Shown here piece after piece: positions 1-11,686 of a stretch of 64,000 nucleotides of DNA. The translations under genes and the position numbers were made by a program. How positions within the stretch are numbered: the first letter of the stretch is position 1; the number at the start of each line of letters is the position of its first letter. The notes below the pieces were generated by a model. It ran no database searches and was not told where the DNA came from. It worked only from the letters and a program-made list of their open reading frames with translations. Source of the DNA: Eledone cirrhosa (Eukaryota). The stretch is taken from NCBI GenBank assembly GCA_964016885.1, contig OZ024756.1, forward strand, positions 17,980,001-18,044,000, read 5' to 3'.

Positions 1-70
1 TACTGGTGTGGAGTATCAACTGTCTCAGATGGAAATCCACGAAGTAACATCCGCAAACTCAATGTACTTG
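1..70 (+). CDS. Ig receptor exon (5' truncated by window): end of a V-set Ig domain, YWCGVSTVSDGNPRSNIRKLNVL(G)
   Basis: Frame 1 reads Y-W-C (Ig F-strand) and ends in a G-strand-like KLNVL. Phase-1 donor G|gtaaat at 70/71 joins in frame (G|GT) to the acceptor at 1783 or 3257. Confidence 0.8.
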
Positions 71-299
71 GTAAATAATTTAACTTTACCTATCTATTTG
101 TCTGTCTATAAGTCTCCCTATCTCTCTCTCTATCTATTCATTGGTCTGTCTTTCTCTCTCTCTATCTATACATCTGTCTGTCTATCCATCTGTCTATATT
201 TCTGTCTGTCTGTCTATCCATCCATCTATTTATCTCTCTGTCCATCTGTCTGTCTATCCATCTGTCTGTCAGTCTATCTATCTCTATTTATCTATGGAC

Positions 300-1055
300 A
301 ACTTCCAGAGGTCCCTGGCCTGTCAGTGTTACTGAGGAGCTCTACCATTTCATGACAAGATCTACAGGCATGGATGCCCTGGCAGAGATCCTTCCAAGAG
401 GACATGTCCAAGATGCGGGCAGGACATTGAAATTGTCCTGCACACAATTGTACACTGCCCGGGCGTAACAGACCTGTGGAACTATGCAGAACAACTGCTG
501 TCACATATGGGACAAATCCAGTTGACTGCCGAGTCCATAGTAAGGATCAAACTGCCAACCTCTTTCAAAAATGAATGAGAGGTGGTTTTCCTCTGTATAG
601 GGGCTATGGTGAAAGAGGTTATATGGTGGACGAGATTGAGAGGACTGAGGACAGATGCCTTTCTCTCTGGACAGCAACTCATTCCCTTCTTTAGGTACCA
701 CTTTAGAAAGAGAATCAGAGTGGAGAGAGAGGCACTACACCCCAGTAAATTTACTGAATGGTGGGTGAATGTGGTAAAAATAGCCCGAGTGATTGGGCCT
801 TCTCTGTATATAAACCTGTAGGTTGAAGAAGAAAGCAAAAGGAGGAAAGGAGCACTTGCACAACACGCTCCTGAAGTTGAGGGTTGTTCTATCGACGGGG
901 TATTAAACAACCCATTTGTGGCGCCTCCCCCCTATTGGGGATTTTGATTGTTAAATTTGTCTTTCAATATTTTTACACGATTGTATGTAAAATCCCCGGC
1001 ATGTGTCCTTGTTCTGTCCCCTTTTCTTGTGCGCCCTTGTGGCTAATAAAGAAAT
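300..1055 (+). mobile_element. Degenerate L1/Tx1-like LINE 3' fragment
   Basis: Translates LIPFFRYHFRKRIRVEREALHPSKFTEWW, resembling an L1-Tx1 ORF2 C-terminus. Ends in gcccttgtggctaataaagaaa, a tail also seen at about 50525-50547. Flanked by (TCTA/TCTG)n. Confidence 0.5.
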
Positions 1056-1782
1056 ATATCTATCTCTATTTATCTCTCCATCAGTCTATCAGTCCATCTG
1101 TCTCTCCCTCCCTGTTTGTCTCTATCCATCTGTCTCTCTGTCTATCTCTCTGTCTGTCTGTCTCTTCTGTTTATCTGTCTATTTGTCATCATCATCATCA
1201 TCGTTATTCAAAATGTTTATTGGACAGACAGTTGTGACCCACAACATCTGTCCACATTCATTAAAGGTAGGATGCTTTACGGATATTATTTGATTGATTT
1301 CATTGTTGAAGACTAAAATTTAAGAAATTGAGAGATAAAAAAATATGATCTACAATGATAAATATTTCCTCAGGAAATTATTTACAATTTTTACATTTGT
1401 GACTGTAATTCTAATGAACTATATTGCATTTCCATTATTCAATGAAATATTTTGAAGCATTTATTGAAATTATTGATTATTTCATTACTAAAATAGTTAA
1501 TTAATGCATGATTCTTATATAAAATTATATTGGAATATTTTAATTTAAATAGGGACTCTTTAAAACATGTTTTGTTTCATAGAACCAGTGCCAGTTCTGG
1601 CAGGTTTGGTATCAAAAGGGTTAAACTGTGCTTTTTACTAATGATTGCTGATCTCTACTTCAGAACCACCCCTTTTAACTAAGGTTTCTCTCTGTTGGGC
1701 CTTGCTACTGTTGATCATTGTTGACTTCATTAATAATCTGTATTTGATGTCCCTTCTTTTCCATGTTTTTTTTTATGTACAG

Positions 1783-2088
1783 GTCCACCTGGGTATCCAA
1801 ATCTACAAGCTCCATCTGGTAATCTGATTCTAGGCGACACTGTCACTGTTTTTTGTGAAAGCAATGTAGGCAAACCAGCTAAGAATTTAGAACTCTGTAT
1901 TGACAGTGGTGGCATTGATTCCACAAACGCTATTTGTAGTAATGGAACTGAACTAGTTGAAATAGAAAATAAATGCATTTTCACACAAAATGTAAGCCAG
2001 ACATTTAGCTTGAGTGAAAAAACACGTCGTGCTACATGCAAGGTTGGATCAACTACATTCAAATCAGAAAAATCCTGGAATGTATACT
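1783..2088 (+). CDS. Ig receptor C2-like Ig exon, copy A (GPPGYPNL...FCESNVGKPAKNLELC...ATCKVG...WNVY)
   Basis: Acceptor ttttatgtacag|GT and donor T|gtaagt. 306 nt, phase 1-1, no stops. Has the C-x-S-x-x-G-x-P motif of C2-type Ig domains. Not in the ORF track in this frame. Confidence 0.88.
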
Positions 2089-3256
2089 GTAAGTTTACCT
2101 TTATTATTCTTTAATATATGTATTATTTTATTCTTTACAGTTATTAGACTGTAGTCAAGCTGCGACATCAACTTTAAGGGACATTAGGCAATCATATCAA
2201 GTCTGGTATTTATTTGGTCCATCTCCTTTTTGTCAACATACTAAGTTATGGTTGATAAACGCGCACACACACACACCACAACCACAATCACCACCATTAC
2301 CATCATCATCACCATCATTTGACATCCATTTCCCTGCTAACAAGGTTTGGTGTTACGGTACACCTTGACAGTGTTTCATTGGTGTCACTGCACAGCTAGA
2401 CAGACACAGATGCATTATTTTAAACCTAGATAGACAGCCTGTAATGTAACTTGCAGCATCCATGTCACATTTGTTCATTCTATTCTACAAGATGCACTGA
2501 ATGCACTTTTTACATGCCACTTATACTTGAGTTATTATGTATATATGTGATCTGAATAGGTGCAGGCATGCCTGTGTGGTTAAGAAGTTTGCTTCACAGT
2601 CTTGTGGTTTTAGGTTCAATCTCATTGGTTTCAAATAGAATCATCCTTCTGTATGCCTTGACCCTCTGTCAAATGTAGGATCTACATCATCATCGTCATC
2701 ATTATTCAAAATGTTTATTGGACAGACAGTTGTGTGACCCATAACATCTGTCCACAGATATTATTTGATTGATTTCATTGTTGAAGACTAAAATTTAAGA
2801 AATTGGGAGATGAAAAAATATGATCTACAATGATAAATATTTCTTCAGGAAATTATTTACAATTTTTACATTTGTGACTGTAATTCTAAGGAACTATATT
2901 GCATTTCCATTATTCAATGAAACATTTTGAAGAATTTATTAAAATTATTAATTATTTCATTACTAAAATAGTAATTTAACGCATGCTTCTCATATAAAAT
3001 TATGTTGGAATATTTTGATTAAAATAGGGACTCTTTGAAACATGTTTTGTTTCATAGAACCAGAGCCATTTCTGGCTGGTTTGGTATCAAAAGGGTTAAA
3101 TTGTGCTTTTTGCTAATGACTGCTGATCTCTACTTCAGAACCACCCCTTTTAACTAAGGCTTCTCTCTGTTGGGCCTTGCTACTGTTGATCATTGTTGAC
3201 TTCATTAATAATCTGTATTTGATGTCCCTTCTTTTCCATGTTTTTTTTATGTACAG

Positions 3257-3544
3257 GTCCACCTGGGCATCCAAATCTACATGCTCCATCTGGTAATCTG
3301 ATTCTAGGCGAAACTGTCACTATTTTTTGTGAAAGCAATGTAGGCAAACCAGCTAAGAATTTACAACTATGTATCGAAAATTCACAAAACAGTCAATGTG
3401 TTAATGGAAGCGAACCAGTTAAACAAACTGATGTATGCATGTTCACACAAAATGTAAGCCTGACAGTTAAGCTGACTAAAGCGACAATCCGTGCTACATG
3501 CAATGTTGGATCAAATAAATCAGAACAGACCTGGAATGTATTCT
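3257..3544 (+). CDS. Ig receptor C2-like Ig exon, copy B (GPPGHPNL...FCESNVGKPAKNLQLC...ATCNVG...WNVF)
   Basis: Acceptor ttttatgtacag|GT and donor T|gtaagt. 288 nt, phase 1-1, open. Lies inside ORF 3238-3570. Confidence 0.88.
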
Positions 3545-4399
3545 GTAAGTTTATTTCTTTTATTCTTTAATCTTTTTATTACTTTATTCTTTAGTTATTA
3601 GACTACAGTCAGACTAGGGGATATACTTCAAGGAACATGAGGCAATCATATCAACTCCAGAACTTATTTTTTCAAGTCTGGTATATATTTTGTCCATCCT
3701 CTTTTTCTCAACATGTTAAGTTATGGGCTGTAAACACAGATGCACACACACACATACATACACATACATCATCATCATTGCCTTCATTTAACATCCATTT
3801 TCTGTGCTAACAAGGGATGGATGGGTTGTCACAGGCGGAATCAACTCTCAACAAGTGGAGTTACTGACCTCTCAGACAAGCCTGTATCTGACATATGTTA
3901 CTGTGCTGTATTGAGTGTATTTTATCATAGTACCAGCACTAGGGATGTTGTCATGTCTAATGACACAGCTGAAGTATCCTTCTGGTCCTTTTTTTGGAAG
4001 GTTTTCTGCAACTGGATACCCATCTTTTCACCAGCACTAGGGAGGTTGTCATGTCCCTATGTTATGAGTATTTGACAAAATACATTCTGTTATTTGTACT
4101 TGCTTTCTGTTTAAGTTCAAATCTTGCTGTGGCCCACCTGGGTTGTAGACTTAATCCGGTACCTGGTTTAACAACATCACCTGGCCCTTCTTGGGTGCCT
4201 TTAGCAGAATCCACTCTGTTGCAAGCATTCGAGCCAGGTTTCTGATTTCAGCAGATCATCCCCCATTCCTTCCAACATTCATAAAGACCCAGGAAAGTAT
4301 TATGGATACTGGCCCCTTCTGTCCATTTCTAAACAATTAGCAAAAAGTAAAAATGAATGTTTCTTTCAGTTTGGGCAATCAAAGTCTTCCACATTTGGT

Positions 4400-4600
4400 T
4401 CATTGTCATCATTACCATCATCACTATGACCACCACCAGCTTCATTGCCGCCACCACCATCATCATCATTATCACCAGCACCACTGTCATCACCATTATC
4501 ACCACCACCACCATCACCATTATCACCACCACCACCATCATCATTATCATCACCATCATCACCACCACTATCATCATCATCATCATCATCATCACTCATC
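4400..4600. repeat. (CAT/CAC)n trinucleotide microsatellite
   Basis: Seen directly; it produces the spurious poly-H/M/D ORFs. Confidence 0.9.
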
Positions 4601-5023
4601 TATTTTCCATGGTTGCATGAGTTTGACTGGCTGTCATGTTATGTAGCTAGACAGGTCCAGTGACCATGTCTTGCTCATACAATCTGTTTTTGTCTTGGTT
4701 TTCTACAGTGGATGCTCTTCCTAATGTCAACCATCTTACAGGGTGGACTGGGTGCTTTTTGTCATAGCACCACCATTACCACTTTACAGCATATACAGGG
4801 AGATTTCTTGTGGCACCACCACTACCACTTTACAGGGTGATCTGGGTGCTTTTTAATCTTGGCACTTGTACAACCACCTTACAGGGTGGACCAAGTGCTT
4901 TTATTTTGGCACCTGTACAACCACTCTCCTGGAGAGAGAGGAGAGAAAGAGAGTGTATATGTTTCTCTAATACCACCACCATCACCACCTACTACATTCT
5001 CTATGATCTCCTATACATTTCAG

Positions 5024-5293
5024 ATCCCGTTGACTCCATAATGTTCCTTCCATCTGACGATACTTGGACACTGAGCCGTGGCAGCAATAAAACCTTCAAA
5101 TGTGAGGCACTTGGCAACCCCCAACCCACATACAAGTGGCAATTTTTCCCAAAGTCGCCTCAAGACAACCGTATATTCCAGGGTCAAAGTATCAATCTTC
5201 ATTCTCAACAGAGTGGCCGCTATGTATGTACTGCCACCAACACAGTCAGAGGAGTCCAGTATAACATGACAAAAACATTGGTAGTTACTGTCG
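5024..5293 (+). CDS. Ig receptor I-set/C2 Ig exon (YPVDSIMFLP...FKCEALGNPQPTYKW...QSGRYVCTATNTV...TLVVTV)
   Basis: Acceptor tttcag|AT and donor G|gtaagt. 270 nt, phase 1-1. Canonical C-x-A-x-G-N-P-x-P-x3-W and S-G-x-Y-x-C-x-A-x-N motifs. Confidence 0.93.
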
Positions 5294-5650
5294 GTAAGTC
5301 AATTTCTATATCTTTTATATATTTCCTCCCTCTCCCTCTTTCATCCTCTCTTTTTCTCTATTATATAACTTTCCCAAGTAATTGATGACTTGGTCATGGT
5401 ACCCATTGCTCCTACATGCATTCTGCACCACTGTGCACAATCTGCGGAAGTGACTATAACTGGACCATGAAAGCCAAGGTAGTGTTTTCTTGTTCTGTGT
5501 ATGAACATAAATAATACACACACACACACACATATATAGTAATAATAATAAATGTGAAGACTAAAATCCAAAGAGGGCTCGATAAGGATAAAAGCAGCGA
5601 TTCTTTGCTTAGACTTTAATCTGTTATTTTAATAAATATATATATGTGTG

Positions 5651-6062
5651 AAGGCGCATGGCTTAGTGGTTAAAGCATTAGGCTTGCAATCGAAAGGTTG
5701 TGAGTTCAATTCTCGGACCGAGTGATGTGTTGTTTCCTTGAGCAAGACACTTTATTTCACATTGCTCCAGTTTACTCAGCTGTAGAAATGAGATGATAGG
5801 ACTGGGGTCCCTATCATTCCACTGCAAAGTGGTCGTGGAGGTGCCACGGCAAAAAAGTACCCAGCCCACACTGTAAAGTGGACGTGTAGGCGCCACGGAA
5901 AAAAAGCACCCAGCACTCACTGTAAATGAGGTTGGTGTTAGGAAGGGCATCCAGCTGTAGAAATCAAGCCAGAATAAGTTCCTGTATGAGCAAGACAAGG
6001 TCAGCCAATAGGACAACCCATGCTAGCGTGGAAGAAAGGGCGTAAAACAGTGATGATGATGA
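5651..6062 (+). mobile_element. tRNA-derived SINE family A
   Basis: A-box TGGCTTAGTGG, B-box GAGTTCAATTC and a (GAT)n tail. Close copies at 13806-14145 and 26451-26765, partial copies at 17085-17161 and 40037-40277(-). Confidence 0.85.
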
Positions 6063-7123
6063 TGATATATATATATGCATAAAGAAAATGCTTGAAAAAA
6101 AAGGGTTTGAAAAGCATACCTCGTATATATATATAAAAAGGATCTTTATAACATGTACAAAATTTGATGTTAGCAATCCTGCTTTCTCTGTTTTGGATCA
6201 TCAGAACATTTGTTATTAGGTTAAATTGTTCTTTCATTAAATCTTAAGCATGAGGATTCACGACCACATTGGTTTTGATTATATATATGTATATATATAT
6301 ATATATATATACATGCATATATATCATCATCATCATCATCATCATCATCAATTAACGTCCATCTTCCACGTTGGCATGGGTTAGACGGATCCTATTTTGT
6401 TGCGTGACCATGTCTCACTCAAATAGGGGTGTTTCTAGCTGGTTTTCTATGGCTGGATGCCCTTCCTAATGCCAACCATATTTACAGTGTGGTCTGGCTG
6501 CTTTCTGCCATGTCTTTTATATATATATACTGGGCTGCTACTTATTTTATGAAAAGCAAAGTTGTCTCTAGCAGGATTTGAATGTAAAATGTGGTCAGCC
6601 GGAATAAATACAGCAAAACATTCTAACTGACGCTCTAATAACTCTGCCAATTCAACACCATATATATATTATTTATTTATATTCATACACACACAAAAAG
6701 TGCTACCTAAGGTTTCAAGGTCCATTTTTCCATGCTGGGTTAAACAAGTTGTCCTGTTGAGAGACAAGCGAAATCAGGTGACTGTGCCTTGCTCATACAG
6801 AACTGATCTTGGCTTGGTTTCTATGATTGGATGCCCTTTCTAACACCATCCACATTTACAGTGTGGACTGGGTGCTTTTTGACGTGACACCTACATTACC
6901 AGTTTACAGTGTGGACTGGGATACTTGTGGGGTGTGTATGGAAGGAGGGAGGTACAGGAAATGTGGTGCCTACTAGATGTATACTTCAACCTATGTGCAT
7001 GGGAAAGTACATCTTCTGTAATATATATGTGTGTGTGTAAAAGGTAAACAGAAATAATAAAACAAACGGTACAGTATATGGAAGCCATATACTAGTTTAA
7101 TGCTTGAAATAGCAGGAAGAGGC

Positions 7124-7159
7124 TCTTAACGTTTTGGACGCTAGTCCTTCATCAAAAGA
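7124..7159 (-). ncRNA. Degenerate minimal hammerhead motif
   Basis: Reverse complement is TCTT-TTGATGA-A-GGAC(TAGC)GTCC-AAAA-CG-TT-AAGA. Stems are intact but the core has C3>U and G12>A. Confidence 0.45.
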
Positions 7160-7462
7160 AAGATTGAGGGGATGGTCAGGGCAGAATCGGAAAACATTTT
7201 ATTAAAGAAATATAACAGATCCATTCATGTTGCCATTTCTTGGAAAACTTTTGATGCTGATGTATGTATATAAAAACAAAATTTGAATTTGAATGAATTT
7301 TTGCTTTAACATAGCAGATACATGAATGAAAATATGGGTTATATTGAATAATGGTAATAATAATAACGATAATAATATTTAATTATTATCGTTTGGGAGC
7401 AAACAGCTTCACTTATGTTATGCTTTGATTTTGATGACTATCATCAGCGATTTGTTCAGAAA

Positions 7463-7503
7463 CAGTCAGCATGTTTCTGGGTCATTTCCCTTCATCAGGA
7501 CTG
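7463..7503 (-). ncRNA. Minimal type I hammerhead motif (near-canonical)
   Basis: Reverse complement is CAGTC-CTGATGA-A-GGG(AAATGA)CCC-A-GAAA-CATG-CT-GACTG. Perfect 5-bp stem I and palindromic CATG; U16.1 is replaced by C. Confidence 0.65.
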
Positions 7504-7907
7504 TATGCCTCTCTGCTTCTTGAGTGAACTGTTGAAGATATATAGTATTTTCTAATGTATACATCAGCTGATCAGCCTCATTTGCATACTGAGCGATTTT
7601 ACGGCTGGCCTTGCTGAAAAGTAAAAACAAAATTAGAATTTGAATCTTCACTTCTAGCACAGCTGATTACATAAATGTAAGTACGGGTTATATTGAGTAA
7701 TAATAATATTATTCAAAGTCAATATTACTATTATTATTATTCAATATATGAGAAGGTGGAGGCAGTGGGAAACCAAATATGGTGTTATGAGACCATATAT
7801 GGCATTATGAGAAGGTGGGGGAGGTGGTGTGGGACTATATATGGCCTTATTGTTATTTGTTAGTCATTTATTGGTTTTCAAGAACTTATAATTTGCTTTG
7901 ATTGTAG

Positions 7908-7982
7908 TTGAAATGCCAACAACCCAAAATCCAAGTGCCACTTCTACATTTCAAATAGCTACTGCTGCTCCAGCTACTTCAG
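7908..7982 (+). CDS. Ig receptor Ser/Thr/Pro-rich stalk exon (VEMPTTQNPSATSTFQIATAAPATS)
   Basis: Acceptor ttgattgtag|TT and donor CAG|gtaaaa. 75 nt, phase 1-1, mucin-like composition, in frame with both neighbours. Confidence 0.75.
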
Positions 7983-8355
7983 GTAAAATATGTTTCCTCT
8001 TCTCCTCTCTCCTCTAGGCTAGTGGTATACAAACTCTGTGGCCTCTACTTACTGGTGTGCCTCAAAAGAACAAGATTCTATTTCAAAACTTGAAAAATAC
8101 AAATAGATATTTAAAATAAAATTTACATATATATATGGGGTGTATCAAAGACTGAAATGCATGTAAAAATTGTAAGTAACTTTATAAAATTTCATAAATG
8201 TTATAAAAAAAGTATAAAACTTTATATTCAGTCATGTATTGTACAAGTTACTGCATGATTATATGGTCATTTGTTTAAAAGATATAGTCTTTTGAAATCA
8301 AATGATTCTTTTTGATACACCTTGTGTATATGTGTGTGTATATATATATATATGT

Positions 8356-8961
8356 CAGGTCACCAGTTGGTGCTACTGGTAACATGTATTCCAGTACAAC
8401 CTGTCCCATGGTCGGGTCGTTGGCGACTAAACTGGCAACCCCACCAAGGTTTCTTGGTGAGGTGGGTGACTTTGGACATCCTGCAGGACTAAAAACAAAA
8501 CCTGTCAAAGGGCAAAGGAGTTCTTAAGAGTTAATGGCCATCCAAAATCACTGGGAGCGATGACCCCTTAGCCTTTGTCAAGGCAGAATTCTAGGAGAAG
8601 GAAAACTCTGATATAACACCTGCAACCCTGATGGTATCCAATGATGTTGACTTGTTTTTCTTTTTGGTAAATATCATCTTGGTTAAGAGAGTGGGACTGG
8701 CTTTGTGCAGTGCCTTTGCTCACTATAAAAGCTTCACGGCACAGGCATTGCTTTATATCTGGAGATCTCTCTGCACTTGTCGTCACATGGTACCATGGAC
8801 CCAGCACTATGTATCAATAATTGTCACAAGTGTAGTGTTTGTACCAGAGTTTTCAAGTCGCTGGCTGGAATAAAAAGTCACACTCGTTCAGCGCATTGGT
8901 AGGGGTTCTCCTACATGGATATAAAGTAGTGGCCGTACTCGAAAACGAGTTGGCAGCCACC
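8356..8961 (+). mobile_element. Interspersed repeat, probably from an RTE 5'UTR; second copy at 48890-49284
   Basis: 8565-8961 is about 95% identical by eye to 48890-49284. Contains ggagaaggaaaactctgat, reminiscent of RTE-clade 5' regions, and is flanked by (TA)n. Confidence 0.55.
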
Positions 8962-8991
8962 ATATATATATATATATACATATACATATAC

Positions 8992-9281
8992 ACAGTTGTC
9001 CCCCGATATTCGTGGGGCCTACGTTCCTAGAGCACCCACGAAGAGTGGTCCATAAAAATGCCTATAAACGTTAAAACATAACGTAAAATGTAGGCCGAAA
9101 AATACAGCATATTGTAGTTAATAATTTAGTGTTAAAAAGCATGAAAAAATGTATATTGCCAATAAAAAAGCCATTAAAAAATTGCGGAACATATTTACGA
9201 TTCCACAAATATGAGGTGGTTTCCACGAACAATTATTAGTTAGGTCCTAAGGAAAATTCCGCAAATGCCGAGGGTACAGTG
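8992..9281. mobile_element. Tc1/mariner (pogo/Tigger-like) MITE; inverted copy at 24829-25179
   Basis: CAGT-type termini in TA context. The internal sequence matches 24829-25179 in reverse orientation. Confidence 0.65.
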
Positions 9282-9668
9282 TATATTTTATATATATATA
9301 TACTCACACACACCTACATATACACCCTGTGTGTGTGTGTATATGTATATATATATATATAAATAGAGTCTGCGGTGCTGAGACCAAGGTGACCACTAAT
9401 CATGTGAGTACTCAATACATGGGGAGATGTAGAGTGGGTATAGAGATATGTAAAATCCTGACCGCAGTGCCAAACAGATTTGGTTTGGGTGTACAGCAAG
9501 CCTTTTCAAGGTTGTAGTAATATTTGTAGGGTATGAAAAGAATAGCTCCCTCAGTAGAGCACGTTTTCCAACACTAATCCAACTACTCAGTGACCGCCTA
9601 CCTATATATATATATTACATATATTATTTAACAATGATAACCAAGGCAAAATATTTTACATATACCAT

Positions 9669-9793
9669 TCATTGTTTTACGATCATTTCGGAGGGTTGAT
9701 CATCTCAATATATTGACTATAGCAGTTAAGGAACTGTATACTATCAGACATAATATATGGATTTCATCATACCATCTTCTTCGGAAACAATGA
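9669..9793 (-). ncRNA. Hammerhead-like motif with a long (~90 nt) stem II insertion
   Basis: Reverse complement is TCATTGTTT-CCGAAGA-[~90 nt]-GAAA-TGATCG-TA-AAACAATGA. Perfect 9-bp stem I; U4>C variant. Confidence 0.55.
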
Positions 9794-9837
9794 TGTTAGA
9801 ATCTTTATTGATAGTATATAAAAGGGTAGATGTATGT

Positions 9838-10032
9838 ATTGTTTCTACTTTTGGCACAAGGCCAGCAATTATCCCAGTGTATTACTGGTCCTTTCTTTTA
9901 TGGACTCGGTAAGGATGAAAGGCAAAGTTAACCTCGGCGGGACTTGAACTCAGATCATAAAGGGCCGTAGCCGTAACTCTTTGCTGCAAAGCATGGCGTC
10001 AGACCCTCTACTGATACTGCCAATCCACCACC
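9838..10032 (-). mobile_element. tRNA-derived SINE family B (gcctttcatcct..ggtcgataaa core)
   Basis: Many copies: 11257-11447, cluster 15938-16950, cluster 22600-23260, 36128-36315, 39001-39478 (three in tandem), 40410-40590, 54586-54761(-), 59570-59725, and 62255-62365 (14-bp TSD attaatatattgtg). Confidence 0.85.
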
Positions 10033-10334
10033 CATACATATATAGATATATATATTGCCAATAAAAAAAGGCATTTAGAGATTGACTCAGCGAAATACGG
10101 AACCAATCACTGGGTCTCACTGAATTACATGCTAACAGCTTACATTGAGTTGTAACTATGGTATAGACCCTCCTGCGAAAGGTAGACCATAGTCATTATA
10201 TATATGTGTGTATCATCATCATCATCGTTTAACCTCCATCTTCCACACTAGCATGGGTTTGGACAGTTTTGTGTATGAGTGTGTGTATATATATGTATAT
10301 AATTGCAGCTATATATATATATATATATATATAT

Positions 10335-10778
10335 CATTACAAGGGCAAAGGAGACGCCCTGGATAGAGGAAACTATAGGGGCATTAAATTAGTTGATCAG
10401 GTCATGAAAGTCACAGAAAGAGTTATTACTCAACTGATTTGGTTTTGTGCCAGGTAAAAGTACCTCGGATGCTCTTTTCCTTGTACAGAAATTACAGGAG
10501 AAGTACCTAGCTAACAGTAAACCCCCCTACTTAGCTTTTGTTGACCTGAAGAAGGCCTTTGACAGAGTCCCACGCACCTTAATCTGGTGGGCACTTAGAA
10601 AACTAGGAGTAGAAGAATGGCTTGTGAGAGCTATACAAGCCATGTATAGAGGAACAGTCAGCAAGGTTAGAATTAACAATGAATATAGTAGGGATTCACC
10701 AAGGCTCTGTCCTTAGCCCCCTCCTGTTTATTATTATCCTAAAGGCTATAACAGAAGGGTTTAAGACTGGCTGCCCAT
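10335..10778 (+). mobile_element. RTE-clade LINE reverse transcriptase fragment (frameshifted)
   Basis: YKGKGDALDRGNYRGIKL, AFVDLKKAFDRVPR and GIHQGSVLSPLLFII motifs spread over three frames. Confidence 0.92.
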
Positions 10779-10850
10779 TGTATGTTGTTGGTGGTGGTGA
10801 GCAATTTATTGTGTTTTTTTTAATCTATTTTCCTATTTTTCTTGCATCAG

Positions 10851-10961
10851 ACAAACAAAAGATTATCCTGGCAACTATTATCCCATTAATCATCATCATC
10901 ATCATTGTGATTATATGTTTCATATTGTACAAAAGAAGAGCTAAACCTACGGAAATTGAAG
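10851..10961 (+). CDS. Ig receptor transmembrane exon (DKQKIILATIIPLIIIIIIVIICFILYKRRAKPTEIE)
   Basis: Acceptor tttcttgcatcag|AC and donor G|gtcagt. 111 nt, phase 1-1. A 23-residue hydrophobic helix followed by a KRR stop-transfer signal. Confidence 0.88.
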
Positions 10962-11645
10962 GTCAGTTGAAGCAGTAATATCTCCTTATAATATATAACC
11001 AGCAATTTCTCTGTCTGTCTGTCCGACAGTAGAAACATGTGCGCGCGTGGTTGCTATCTCTCTCTCTCTCCAGCTATCCCTCTCTTTTAATCTGTCTGTT
11101 TCTCTCACTCTCACTCTTTCTCTTTGTAACACACTAACATTCCTCCCCTCTATCGCTGTGACGAATGGGGAGATGGAGGAGGAGAGAGTCACTTCGTCAC
11201 TTCACCTCTGCCTTTCTTTCTCTCCCTTCTCACTCCCTCATTACGTACAGACATTAGGGCGGTGGATTGGCAGAATCTGTAGAGAGTCGGACACCATGCT
11301 TCATAGCATGGAGTTACGTCCCTTTACGGTCTGAGTTCAAATACCGCCGAGGTTAACTTTGCCTTTCATCCTCACGGGGTCGATAAAATAAAGTACCAGT
11401 AATGTACTGTGTAATTGCTGGCCTTGTGCCAAAAGTAGAAACAATTATTAGAAACATTGCTTCATTTTTACATATCTAAGCATTAGTAAAATAACTAATA
11501 ATTTCAAAAGTAATTTTTCAATTCCAATTGTTATGAACAGCAAAACATTAATAATAATTTTGTTCTAAGAAATATATATACATTTCTGTGTGTGTAATAT
11601 ATATATATATACACACACAGAAATATATATACATTTCTGTGTGTG

Positions 11646-11686
<41 letters not shown>

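Larger units (their letters stand above)
1186..3735 (+). repeat. Tandem duplication of about 1.5 kb period (about 1186-2260 and 2686-3735), each unit holding one Ig exon
   Basis: By eye, the upstream introns are about 93% identical, the last ~130 nt before the acceptors are nearly identical, and the downstream introns are about 75-80% identical. Confidence 0.95.

Noticed and set aside
5651-5725. tRNA gene
   Set aside because: A and B boxes are present, but it is the head of a multi-copy SINE with no intact acceptor stem.
8356-8445. HDV-like or twister ribozyme at the start of the RTE-5'UTR-like repeat
   Set aside because: Partial pairings exist (ccagt/actgg, gtcg/cgac), but I could not build the required P1/P3 pseudoknot or the twister core by hand.
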